64,000 bases of DNA, taken from contig CAWBMG010000013.1 of the NCBI GenBank assembly GCA_963789815.1, positions 729,569-793,568 on the forward strand. The letters run 5' to 3'. Of this stretch, positions 35,373 to 44,533 are shown one piece after another. The translations under genes were made by a program, and so were the position numbers. The DNA is from an uncultured Acidobacteriota bacterium (lineage in GTDB: Bacteria; Acidobacteriota; Vicinamibacteria; Vicinamibacterales; UBA2999). Each line of letters opens with the position of its first letter. The first letter of the stretch is position 1. The notes under the pieces were generated by a model, which was given only the letters and a program-made list of their open reading frames with translations, made no database searches and was not told the DNA's origin.

Positions 35373-35968
35373 CTCTTGACGTGCACTCGCGCGACCATGT
35401 GCATATAGCCTCCGGCGCCTGCGTATCGATCGGCGGCGGCATTCGTGATGTGCTCGCGCGCGCGTCGGCCATCGCCAAGCGCCTCGTAGTACAGGCCGAC
35501 GTAGAGCTGCGCGTAGAACTCAGCGCCGGGTCGCGAGCCGCCGGCGGCAAGCACCTGCGCGGGCTCCAGCGTCCCGCGGAGCATCTCGTAAACCTGTCGC
35601 ATCGGGACGCGCGCGTCTGGACCGACCGGCAGAAGCGCCGCCTTGGCGCGCGCGGGTGATTCCTCGCGAGCCACGCAGAGAAAGTGCCACGCGGCATTCT
35701 CCACATCGTCCGGATTCACGGTGCGATGCGCTTCGAACTGGAGGCGGCAGTCGCGGTAGCGGCCGGCGTAGTAGAGCGCGATCCCACGTTGCCACAGCTG
35801 CGGCATCACCTGGGGCGCGATCTTGACGAGCTCATCGAAGCTCGCCACCGATTCGGCGATGCGACCGCGCTCGAACTCCGCCACGGCGCGATCCAAGAGT
35901 GCGCGTGGGTCGGATGGAGCTTGAGCTGCAAGCGTGGCGCCGAGAGCAACCAGTATCAGACTCAGCAT
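35360..35968 (-). CDS. secreted TPR-like (NlpI-like) protein
   Basis: Start taken at MLSLILVALGATLAAQA, because the upstream extension is a GCCCTACG-family hairpin. Helical-repeat content (GRIAESVASFDELVKIAP, ALYYAGRYRDC, YVGLYYEALGD). Confidence 0.6.
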   Translation of the reverse strand: MLSLILVALGATLAAQAPSDPRALLDRAVAEFERGRIAESVASFDELVKIAPQVMPQLWQRGIALYYAGRYRDCRLQFEAHRTVNPDDVENAAWHFLCVAREESPARAKAALLPVGPDARVPMRQVYEMLRGTLEPAQVLAAGGSRPGAEFYAQLYVGLYYEALGDGRRAREHITNAAADRYAGAGGYMHMVARVHVKRLTN

Positions 35969-36018
35969 GGGCCAGGCCGGTCCCAAAGGACCGGCCCTAC
36001 GAGCACGGAAGGATGATT

Positions 36019-37248
36019 TCATTGTTTCCGCAGATCCAGACAGACCAACGTGTTCTCGTTCCGCGCGAATAGGAAACCATCCGCGAGCGCTGGGAAGGCA
36101 CGTACGACGGCGGGTAGCACTTGCGCGCGGGCAAGCGGCTTGAACGCGTCGGGGGAGGCCGCCGCGAGGACGAGCTCACCGCCTTCGCGAAGGATGAGAA
36201 GGCGATCGCCCGCGAGCATCACACTTCCCGCCAGGAATCGTTCCTGGCTCCAGCGCACCTTCCCTGTCAGCATCTCGACGGCGCGGAAACTGGGCCCGAA
36301 CTCCTGCCGCCCGTGGTACCCGTAGAGGAATCCGCCGAATTGCACGCTCGTGGCGTAGTGGTTCGACAACACGTCGTCTGAGGCCCACACCTCCACGAGG
36401 TTCGATCCCTCCAGACGGAGCACACCGGCGCCGGGCCCGTACTGGGCAGAAACAAAGATCAAGTTGCCGACGACGATGGGCGTGGCCGCGTTCACCGACG
36501 CGGCCATTCGGGCCCGCCACGCGCGGCGGAATTGCACGCGACCCGTTACCGGGTCGAGCCCCACGAGCGCCGCCCGTGTCAGGAAGATCGCGTACCGATG
36601 GCCGTCAATCGTCGCGCCCACAGGAGACGAATAGCTCGCCTCGTCCTCGGTCGCTGTCCACAGCACTTTGCCACTCTTGGCGTCGAACGCGACGATGCCG
36701 GCGCCCTTTCCACCGACGTTGGCGATCACCCTGCCTTCTTCCACAAGCGGAGATCCGGCAGCACCAAAGAATCCTTTTGCCACGCCGAAACGGGTTGTCG
36801 TGTCCTCGCTCCAGAGCCGCGTGCCTTTTGCAAGGTCAACGGCGTGGAGCTGTCCTTGCGCCCCGAAGGTGTACACGACCCCGTCAGCAACGACTGGCAC
36901 CGCGCGCGGACCCTCGTCGAAACCGAAATCATCACGGTAGGTCGTGGGGTAGGCGTACTGCCACTGTCGCATGCCGGTGCGAGGGTCGAGGGCTTCCACT
37001 ACTTCTTGGTTGTTCACGCGATGAAAGAGGATGACGTGACCTTGCGCCACGACCGGTCCGCTGAATCCTTGCCCCACTTGTTTGCGCCACAGAACCGGAG
37101 GTCCAGTGGTAGGCCATTTGTCCGCGAGCGCCGGCCCCCGATAGACGCCGTCGCGGCCCGAGCCGAGGAATTGCGGCCAGTCTTGTGCGGCCGTCACCGC
37201 GCCAAGCACGAGCGTAATCACGGCGCAGCAGAGCAAGCAGTAGCGCAT
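36019..37248 (-). CDS. PQQ-like beta-propeller repeat protein, secreted
   Basis: MRYCLLCCAVITLVLGAVTAAQDWPQFLGSGRDG followed by repeated blades. Confidence 0.85.
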   Translation of the reverse strand: MRYCLLCCAVITLVLGAVTAAQDWPQFLGSGRDGVYRGPALADKWPTTGPPVLWRKQVGQGFSGPVVAQGHVILFHRVNNQEVVEALDPRTGMRQWQYAYPTTYRDDFGFDEGPRAVPVVADGVVYTFGAQGQLHAVDLAKGTRLWSEDTTTRFGVAKGFFGAAGSPLVEEGRVIANVGGKGAGIVAFDAKSGKVLWTATEDEASYSSPVGATIDGHRYAIFLTRAALVGLDPVTGRVQFRRAWRARMAASVNAATPIVVGNLIFVSAQYGPGAGVLRLEGSNLVEVWASDDVLSNHYATSVQFGGFLYGYHGRQEFGPSFRAVEMLTGKVRWSQERFLAGSVMLAGDRLLILREGGELVLAAASPDAFKPLARAQVLPAVVRAFPALADGFLFARNENTLVCLDLRKQ

Positions 37249-37262
37249 CGACTGGCAGTATA

Positions 37263-37325
37263 GGGGTCAGATCTTGAATTTTGCAAAGCAGGGCGTTCGC
37301 AGACGCAAAAAGCACGATCTGACCC
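37263..37325. repeat. GGGGTCAGATCTTGA-type palindromic element (diverged copy)
   Basis: GGGGTCAGATCTTGAATTTTGC ... GCAAAAAGCACGATCTGACCC. Related to the elements at 47214 and 57517. Confidence 0.85.
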
Positions 37326-37350
37326 TCCCGATGGTGACAGAATCCTTCCC

Positions 37351-39984
37351 ATGCGCTTGACCCTCGGCTCGCGGCTCGGCACTTACGAGATCGAAGAGAC
37401 CATCGGCGCAGGCGGGATGGGTGAGGTCTATCGAGCGGTCGATACGCGGCTGCACCGCTCCGTCGCGATCAAAGTTCTGTCTTCCGAGCTCGCCGATCCG
37501 TCCGCGCGCAGGCGCTTCCAACAAGAAGCAAAGATGGCTTCCGCCCTCAACCATCCACACATTCTGACTGTGCACGAGGCGGGTGAATTCGAAGATCAGC
37601 AGTATCTCGTCAGCGAATTCGTCGACGGCGGGACCCTCAAGCAATGGGCGCAGACCGAGCAGCGCTCCTGGCGGCAAATCGTCAATCTTCTCGTGGGCGT
37701 GGCTGATGCGTTGGCCACGGCGCACGCTGCCGGCATTCTGCACCGCGACGTCAAGCCGGAGAACATCCTGGTGACGAAGAGCGGCTACGCCAAGCTTGCT
37801 GACTTCGGGCTTGCGAAGCTCGACCATGCCGAAGGCGATGCGATGACCCGCGCCGTCACCCAGGACCGCACGCGCCCGGGGGTCGTCGTCGGCACGATCG
37901 CCTACATGTCACCGGAGCAGGCGTCGGGAAAACCCCTGGATGCCCGCAGCGACATCTTTTCCTTTGGCGTGGTGCTCTACGAGCTCCTCGCGAGTCGGCG
38001 ACCGTTCAGTGCGACGACAGATCTCGAATTGCTGCAAGCGATTCAGCATCGCACGCCTGAACCACTCGACCAGACTCTCCCCGCGAACCTTCGGATGACG
38101 GTCGAAAAGACTTTGGAAAAAGACCCTGCGGAGCGTTACCAGGCAATGCGGGAGATGGTCGTCGATCTACGCCGGATCTTGCGGCAAGAGCACACGATAA
38201 CGGCCGTAGCTCCGGCCGTCCCGGCCGCGAGCGTTCTGCCAGCGCGGGGCTCGCGCTGGCTCGTGGCGGCAGCCGCCGTGCTAACCCTCGGTGTTGGTGC
38301 GTGGCTCTGGAGTCGCGAGGGCGGCCAGCCGGCCGGCACGACAGCACCCACTGACAACCCACTCACGAACGCACAATTCACGCGTCTCACTGATTTCGAG
38401 GGTGACGAGATGGATCCCGCCATCTCTCCCGACGGCAGGTTCGTGACCTTCATCGCCGACCGCGATGCTGGCCGGTTCGACGTCTGGATGGGCCAGGTGG
38501 GCACCGGGCGATTTGTGAATCTCACCCAGGGCGGAACAACGGACTTTCGCACCAACCGCGTGCGCAGTGTCGGGTTTTCGGCTGACGGCGCCGATATCTG
38601 GCTGTCCGGCGGGCCGGACAGAAGGTTGCGGATGCTGCCCTTGACCGGTGGCACTCCCCGGCCTTTCCTTGGCGATAAAGCGATCAATGTTGCCTGGTCC
38701 CCCGATGGCGCGCGAATGGTCTACCACACGCGCGACGATGGTGATCCGATCTTCATCGCCGATCGCGATGGCGGCAACGCTCGCCGAGTTTTCGGCGATC
38801 GGCCAGGCGTGCACAATCACTACCCGGTCTGGTCGCAGGATGCTCGATGGATCTACTTCGCCGCCAGTGTGTCTGGGATCGCCGACGTGATGGATCTGTG
38901 GCGCATTCCTGTATCAGGCGGCCAGTCCGAGCAGATGATGCGCCTCAACACCGAAGTGCGAACACCGGCGCCAATCAACGCCCGAACAGTCTTGTACGTC
39001 GCGCCTGCCGCCGACGGCTCCGGTCCGTGGCTCTGGGCGCTCGACGTGGAGCGCAAGAGTGCACGTCGCGTCACCGTTGGCCTGGAGCGGTACACATCCG
39101 TGTCCGCAACCCCCGACGGTGCGCGGGTTGTGGCCAGTGTTGCCAACCCCACTGCAAATCTCTGGGTCGTGCCCATTCTGAATGGCATTGCGGAAGACCG
39201 TGATGTCACCAGGTTCCCGCTTCCGTCGGTTCGTGCGTGGGCGCCACGTTTTGCAGACCGAACGCTGTTCTATCTGTCCTCGCGAGGCGGGGGCGATGGC
39301 TTGTGGCGTCTTCAGGATGGGCAGGCGCAGGAGATCTGGAAGGGCTCGGATGGAGCCCTGCTCGAGGCCCCGGCGGTGTCCGCAGACGGCCGCTCGGTGG
39401 CATTTGGCCTTCGGCGCCAGGGACGATTGCAGTTGTATCGACTGTCGGCCGATGGCGGCGACCTCCAACGGTTGGCCGATGGCATGGATGTCCAGGGATC
39501 GGCCGACTGGTCGCGTGACGGCAAGTGGATTGCGACGGGCGGCGTCGATGCGAGTGGGCCCGGGCTCTTCAAGATTCCAGTCGACGGTGGCACACCGGTT
39601 CGCCTCGTGACGGGTTTTGCGTTCAATCCGGTTTGGTCGCCGGACGGGGGCATGATTGTGTACGCTGGACCCGACGTGGCCGCGGAAGCGCCATTGAGGG
39701 CCGTCCGACCAGACGGGACCTCGGTCGATCTCCCTCCAGTCCTAGTCGCGGGATTGGGCGAACGCATCCGCTTTCTTCCGAATGGCAACATCGTCTATAT
39801 GCGCGGGGGGTTCAGGCAGGATTTCTGGCTTCTCGACCTGGCGACGAAACAAACACGCCAGCTCACGAAGCTCAACGACTCGGCAGCGCTGCGCACCTTC
39901 GACATCACGCCGGACGGAAAGCGTATCGTGTTCGATCGGAAGCGGGACAACTCTGACATCGTTCTCATCGACCTGAAAAGGTAG
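37351..39984 (+). CDS. Ser/Thr protein kinase with TM segment and C-terminal TolB/WD40-like beta-propeller
   Basis: GAGGMGEVYRA, AIKVL, HRDVKPENILV, DFGLAK and YMSPEQ in the kinase domain. TM segment WLVAAAAVLTLGVGAWLW. Repeated SPDG/WSPDG propeller motifs. Confidence 0.9.
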   Translation: MRLTLGSRLGTYEIEETIGAGGMGEVYRAVDTRLHRSVAIKVLSSELADPSARRRFQQEAKMASALNHPHILTVHEAGEFEDQQYLVSEFVDGGTLKQWAQTEQRSWRQIVNLLVGVADALATAHAAGILHRDVKPENILVTKSGYAKLADFGLAKLDHAEGDAMTRAVTQDRTRPGVVVGTIAYMSPEQASGKPLDARSDIFSFGVVLYELLASRRPFSATTDLELLQAIQHRTPEPLDQTLPANLRMTVEKTLEKDPAERYQAMREMVVDLRRILRQEHTITAVAPAVPAASVLPARGSRWLVAAAAVLTLGVGAWLWSREGGQPAGTTAPTDNPLTNAQFTRLTDFEGDEMDPAISPDGRFVTFIADRDAGRFDVWMGQVGTGRFVNLTQGGTTDFRTNRVRSVGFSADGADIWLSGGPDRRLRMLPLTGGTPRPFLGDKAINVAWSPDGARMVYHTRDDGDPIFIADRDGGNARRVFGDRPGVHNHYPVWSQDARWIYFAASVSGIADVMDLWRIPVSGGQSEQMMRLNTEVRTPAPINARTVLYVAPAADGSGPWLWALDVERKSARRVTVGLERYTSVSATPDGARVVASVANPTANLWVVPILNGIAEDRDVTRFPLPSVRAWAPRFADRTLFYLSSRGGGDGLWRLQDGQAQEIWKGSDGALLEAPAVSADGRSVAFGLRRQGRLQLYRLSADGGDLQRLADGMDVQGSADWSRDGKWIATGGVDASGPGLFKIPVDGGTPVRLVTGFAFNPVWSPDGGMIVYAGPDVAAEAPLRAVRPDGTSVDLPPVLVAGLGERIRFLPNGNIVYMRGGFRQDFWLLDLATKQTRQLTKLNDSAALRTFDITPDGKRIVFDRKRDNSDIVLIDLKR

Positions 39985-39990
39985 GACAAG

Positions 39991-41238
39991 GTGCATCGAA
40001 CCGCCCTGCCCGCGTTCGCCGTGATGTTGATGTCTGCGGTGCTGGCAGCCGAGGACTGGCCGCAGTTCCGGGGCCCGACTGGACAGGGCCACTCGACCGA
40101 GCAGGGTCTTCCGCTCCAGTGGAGCGAGTCGAGCAACGTGGTGTGGAAAACGCCCGTGCCAGGACTCGGATGGTCGTCACCGGTTGTGGCGGGTGGCCGA
40201 GTGTGGCTGACGGCGTCGGTCGAGCAGCGGCCGCCACGGGGTAGGGCGTCGATGTCTCTACGAGCTCTCGCATTCGATGTGGAGACGGGTCGTCAAGTCG
40301 TGGACGTTGAACTGTTCCGGCTCGACCGGACACAGCTTCTCAATCCGAAGAACAGCTTCGCGTCTCCCACGCCGATTCTCGAAGGCGATCGGGTTTACGT
40401 CCACTTCGGCGCGGACGGAACCGCCGCCATTGCGTCGTCCGGCGAAATCTTGTGGAAGACGCGACTGCCGTACGAGTCGCAACATGGAGGCGGTGGATCA
40501 CCTGAACTCCACGGCGATGTACTCATCATCAATTGCGACGGCAACGGTGGGGAAGCGTTCGTCGTGGCGCTCGACAAACAGACCGGCAAGCAGCGCTGGA
40601 AACGGCAGCGTCGTACGCCCGCAGATCAGGCCTACACGACGCCGCTGACGATTCGCGTCGGCGACCGCGATCAGATCGTGTCGGTCGGAGCGTATCGGGC
40701 AGCGGGCTACGATCCGGCCTCCGGCCAGGAGATCTGGCGTGTGAGCTACGACGATGGATTCTCGAACGTGCCGCGACCGGTGTATGGCCACGGGCTCGTC
40801 TTCATCGCGACCGGCTTTCAGCAGCCCACGCTCATTGCCGTCCGGCCCGACGGAGAAGGCGACGTGACGCGCACTCACGTCGCCTGGACCCTTCGGAGGG
40901 GCGCGCCGTTCACACCCTCGCCCATCCTCGTCGGCGATGAGCTGTTCGTCGTCAACGACACGGGCATCCTCACGTGCGTCGATGCTCGAACCGGCGCCAT
41001 CCACTACCAGCAGCGGCTCCCCGGCAACTACTCCGCGTCGCCCATCTGGGCGGACGGGCGGATCTACTTTCTGAGCGAAGAAGGCGTGGCAACGGTGATT
41101 GCGCCGGGAAAGGTCTTCAGCAGGATGGCCGTCAATCAGCTCGATGGGGCCACCTTGGCCTCGATTGCGGTGTCTGGGGGATCGCTTTTTATTCGCAGTC
41201 ACTCCCATTTGTACCGGATTGCCCGCCCGCGACCCTGA
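39991..41238 (+). CDS. PQQ-like beta-propeller repeat protein, secreted
   Basis: Signal peptide followed by EDWPQFRGPTGQGHS and repeated blades. Starts 7 nt after the kinase stop. Confidence 0.85.
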   Translation: MHRTALPAFAVMLMSAVLAAEDWPQFRGPTGQGHSTEQGLPLQWSESSNVVWKTPVPGLGWSSPVVAGGRVWLTASVEQRPPRGRASMSLRALAFDVETGRQVVDVELFRLDRTQLLNPKNSFASPTPILEGDRVYVHFGADGTAAIASSGEILWKTRLPYESQHGGGGSPELHGDVLIINCDGNGGEAFVVALDKQTGKQRWKRQRRTPADQAYTTPLTIRVGDRDQIVSVGAYRAAGYDPASGQEIWRVSYDDGFSNVPRPVYGHGLVFIATGFQQPTLIAVRPDGEGDVTRTHVAWTLRRGAPFTPSPILVGDELFVVNDTGILTCVDARTGAIHYQQRLPGNYSASPIWADGRIYFLSEEGVATVIAPGKVFSRMAVNQLDGATLASIAVSGGSLFIRSHSHLYRIARPRP

Positions 41239-41315
41239 GGATGTAGACTTCATGAGCTTTGCGCACCGCGCAAGCCCAATGTTGACATCGCGGCTCAGCC
41301 GCCCGGGAGCTACTT

Positions 41316-42593
41316 ATGGATATGGTCGATCGCGTTAAGAAGATCTGCCTTTCGCCGCAGACCGAGTGGTCCGTGATTGCCACGGAGACCACGCCGACGG
41401 CGAGCCTGATTACGGGTTACGTTCTGCCGCTCGCGGGCGTCGGTGCCGTTGCCGGACTCATCGGACGGTCCCTCATCGGAATGAGCCTACCGTTCATAGG
41501 GACCTACCGCACGCCGCTCGGCACCGGACTCGCACTCGCGTTGTTCGCCCTTGTCAGCGCGGTCATCGGCGTCTTCTTGATTTCGATAATCATCAATGTC
41601 TTGGCGCCGAATTTCAGCGCCGAGAAGAATAGCGACCAGGCCATGAAAGTGGCGGTGTACTCGTTCACACCGGCATGGGTCGCAGGCATATTCCAGATCC
41701 TGCCGGCGCTCGGGATCCTCGCCATCCTTGGCGCACTGTACGGCCTCTACCTGCTGTACCTCGGTCTTCCACGACTGATGAAGTGTCCCGAGGACAAGGC
41801 CATTGGCTACACAGCCGTCGTCGTGATCTGCGCCATCGTGGTGAGCGTGGTTCTCGGCGCTGTCAGCGCCGCGATTGTCGGCACAGGCATGGTGGCCTCG
41901 GGCGGGCTGACGGGTGCGCTCGGCGGGATCACCGGCGGCGCGGTCGGCGGTTCGGTGGCGTCGAGTCCAGAGCTTCAGGTCGACCCGAATAGCACGCTCG
42001 GCAAGTTGCAACAGCTCGGCAAAGGGCTCGAGGAGAGCGCAAAGAAGGCCGAGGCGGCGGAGAAGCGCGGCGACACGAATGCACAGGTGGCGGCGGGCCT
42101 TGAAGGACTCGGCGCGCTCCTTGGTGGGGGCAAGCGAGTCGATCCCATCGACATCGCCCTGCTGAAGCCACTCGTGCCCGACACATTCGCGGGTCTTCCC
42201 AAGACGAGCAGCAGCGCGGAGAAAACCGGCATGGGCATCATCATGGTGTCGAAAGCCGAAGCGACCTACGGTGATGGTGCCGAACGGCAAGTCACGCTCG
42301 AGATCACCGACACGGGCGGTGTGAGCGGCTTGATGGGACTCGCCAGCTGGATGGGCGTGCAGGAAGACAAGGAAAACAGCGACGGGTACGAGCGAACGCA
42401 AAAAGTGGACGGACGTTTGACCCACGTCAGGAGCTCCAAGAGCGGCGACGACGAGTTCGCGGTCGTCATCGGTGAGCGCTTCATGGTCGGCGCCAAGAGC
42501 CGATCGCTTGACGTGAATGCGTTGAGGACCGCGGTGGCCGGACTCGACCTTGGCAAGCTGGAAGCGATGAAGGATGTGGGAGCGCAGAAATAG
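41316..42593 (+). CDS. Yip1-domain membrane protein with a long C-terminal soluble extension
   Basis: ICLSPQTEWSVIATE N-terminus and five TM segments typical of Yip1/DUF1282. Roughly 210 aa of hydrophilic C-terminus. Confidence 0.75.
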   Translation: MDMVDRVKKICLSPQTEWSVIATETTPTASLITGYVLPLAGVGAVAGLIGRSLIGMSLPFIGTYRTPLGTGLALALFALVSAVIGVFLISIIINVLAPNFSAEKNSDQAMKVAVYSFTPAWVAGIFQILPALGILAILGALYGLYLLYLGLPRLMKCPEDKAIGYTAVVVICAIVVSVVLGAVSAAIVGTGMVASGGLTGALGGITGGAVGGSVASSPELQVDPNSTLGKLQQLGKGLEESAKKAEAAEKRGDTNAQVAAGLEGLGALLGGGKRVDPIDIALLKPLVPDTFAGLPKTSSSAEKTGMGIIMVSKAEATYGDGAERQVTLEITDTGGVSGLMGLASWMGVQEDKENSDGYERTQKVDGRLTHVRSSKSGDDEFAVVIGERFMVGAKSRSLDVNALRTAVAGLDLGKLEAMKDVGAQK

Positions 42594-42704
42594 ATCATTG
42601 ATGATCGATGATTGATGATCGATGATATTGATTGATGATCGATGATATTGATTGAGACGTCGATGACAATCATCGTTCATCAATCATCGTTCATCGATGA
42701 TTTT
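42594..42704. repeat. GATGATCGATGA family element (tandem roughly 20-nt units, then the opposing ATCATCG arm)
   Basis: GATGATCGATGATATTGATT appears twice plus partial units at 42594-42655. This is opposed by CAATCATCGTTCATCAATCATCGTTCATCGATGA. Confidence 0.9.
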
Positions 42705-42706
42705 TC

Positions 42707-42850
42707 TTAGCCGTTCGGTGCGACGCGCCGAAGATTTGAGCCAGTTCTTCTGCGTCGAACAAGCTGAGTGTCTGGCAGTCCTTGGATAAATCGAATGGAG
42801 AGGTCTGCGAACGCATCCGTGCGATTTTGAAGCTCGTCGGCTTTGCTCAT
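42707..42850 (-). pseudogene. truncated remnant of a four-helix-bundle (IVS-protein family) gene
   Basis: MSKADELQNRTDAFADLSIRFIQGLPDTQL matches the family N-terminal pattern L-x-x-R-T-x-x-F-A-x-x-x-I-x(5)-L-P-x-T. It then degenerates and stops after 48 codons at the repeat array. Codon GC3 is weak, and the region is visibly lower in GC than its neighbours. Confidence 0.4.
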
Positions 42851-42981
42851 GCCGAGAAGCAGGCAACGCAAATGCCAGACAGTCGGAGCAACCTGAAACC
42901 GTGCGATCACTCACCGATTCAAGGATGATGCGATCCCCCAATGCTCCGATGTCGCAATCAATGCTCAAATCATGCGGTTCC

Positions 42982-43030
42982 CGATCATCAATTCTTCAAT
43001 CATCAATCATCGTTCATCGATCATCGATGG
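42982..43030. repeat. ATCATCG/GATGAT family array (single orientation)
   Basis: GATCATCAATTCTTCAATCATCAATCATCGTTCATCGATCATCGATG read directly. Confidence 0.85.
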
Positions 43031-43035
43031 TTCCC

Positions 43036-44379
43036 TCAGTCTGGCAACTCCGCCGTTTGGGGCTCCGGTAACCAGAAGCTGGCGATGACGCCGATGACGT
43101 AGGCGATTGTCCCCACAACCGCACAAGCGTACGCCAGCCGGATCGGCAGGGAGCCGCCCGGCATCGACGTCACGAGCGACGTGGTCACGAGCGCGGCGCA
43201 GGTGCCAATCATCCTGCCTCCGACATTGGCCGCGAAGCTCTCACCAGTGCCGCGCAAGTGCGTCGGATAGACGCGGGGCAGATAGTTGCCCCAGAAGCTG
43301 AACTGCGCGATCGTTGCCAACCCCACAAGGAAAATCCCCCACTGCGCCATCGTAAGCCCCATGCTCGGGGTGAGCAAGAACACGATCGGAAGGAACACGA
43401 GTCCTGGGATCTGGAAGACATAGAGCAGCCGGCGACGGCCGACGATGATAGTGGCGAGCGCGGCGAGGATGACGCGGCCAGCCAACCCGCCGAATTCCTG
43501 ATAGGAGGACACGCCGCTGATCGTCTGCTCTCTCGCGACGCGGTCCAAGCCCCGCACTTCCTCGAGGCCCGGGATGATGCGGGGCATCTGCTGGATCGCT
43601 CCGAATGCCGCGGCGTAGGCGCACGCCATCATCACGGTCGTCACGATCGTCGTCCGTCGGAACTCCGGCGTGAACAAAGCGGCGAAGCTGGGGCGCTTCA
43701 GCGTGCCTGCCTTCTTCTTCAATTGCCACGTTGGAGAGTCGGGCAGAAACGGGCGGATGACGATCAGTGGGATCGCCGGAATGATTCCCGACATCAGCGT
43801 GTAACGCCACGCGACCTGCTCTCCGTGGATGAACGGGAACGACTGCTCGTAGGTGACGATCAGGTAGTACGCGCCGGCGACCATGATTCCGCCGAACGAG
43901 CCGAACGCCTGCGTGTAGCCGATGACCCGCTCTCTCAGCTTCGGATCCGGGAACAATTCCGCCAGCCAGGCTACGGCAGCGACGAACTCTACGCAGACGC
44001 CGACGAACATGCAGCACCGCCAGAACAGGAGATGCCAGACTGTCGTCGAGTAGCCAGCAAAGAATGCGGAAAAAGCATAGAGCAGGATGCTCCAGACGAG
44101 CACGCGGCGTCGGCCGAAGAGGTCAGTCAGGTAACCGCCGAGCAAGCCAAAGATGCCGCCTGCGACTGCTGGCACCCACTGCATCCAGCTGACCCAGTCG
44201 TTTACGAGCAGACTGTCCGGCGCGACGGCGAGCAGTTCGGACAGCGCCGGCCGAACGATGAGCGGCAGCATCAGCAGCGTGTAGGAGTCGAAAGCGAACC
44301 CGATTCCGGCGATGATGCAGATGAGCCACTGCACCGGGGTGATGGCCGAGGTCTTGTGAGTGCTCTGTGGGTCCGCCAT
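43036..44379 (-). CDS. MFS transporter
   Basis: 447 aa, about 12 TM segments, with DLFGRRRVL between TM2 and TM3. Confidence 0.85.
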   Translation of the reverse strand: MADPQSTHKTSAITPVQWLICIIAGIGFAFDSYTLLMLPLIVRPALSELLAVAPDSLLVNDWVSWMQWVPAVAGGIFGLLGGYLTDLFGRRRVLVWSILLYAFSAFFAGYSTTVWHLLFWRCCMFVGVCVEFVAAVAWLAELFPDPKLRERVIGYTQAFGSFGGIMVAGAYYLIVTYEQSFPFIHGEQVAWRYTLMSGIIPAIPLIVIRPFLPDSPTWQLKKKAGTLKRPSFAALFTPEFRRTTIVTTVMMACAYAAAFGAIQQMPRIIPGLEEVRGLDRVAREQTISGVSSYQEFGGLAGRVILAALATIIVGRRRLLYVFQIPGLVFLPIVFLLTPSMGLTMAQWGIFLVGLATIAQFSFWGNYLPRVYPTHLRGTGESFAANVGGRMIGTCAALVTTSLVTSMPGGSLPIRLAYACAVVGTIAYVIGVIASFWLPEPQTAELPD

Positions 44380-44533
44380 TCATCTCCTCGTGATTGTGGG
44401 CGTAATGATACCTACAAGCGGTTTCGAACCTGACGCCGCGGTCAGGCTAGAGCCCGGCCACAGGTTTTGAACCGGTACTACGCCAGTCGCCGTCAAACCA
44501 TGACATGGCGCCGGCCCGTTATACTTAGCCCTC

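Noticed and set aside
44415-44480. tRNA-like GGTTCGAA/GGTTTTGAACC sequences
   Set aside because: The T-loop-like motif lacks a complementary 5-bp T-stem, and I could build no acceptor or anticodon arms on either strand. I treated it as a possible operator pair instead.
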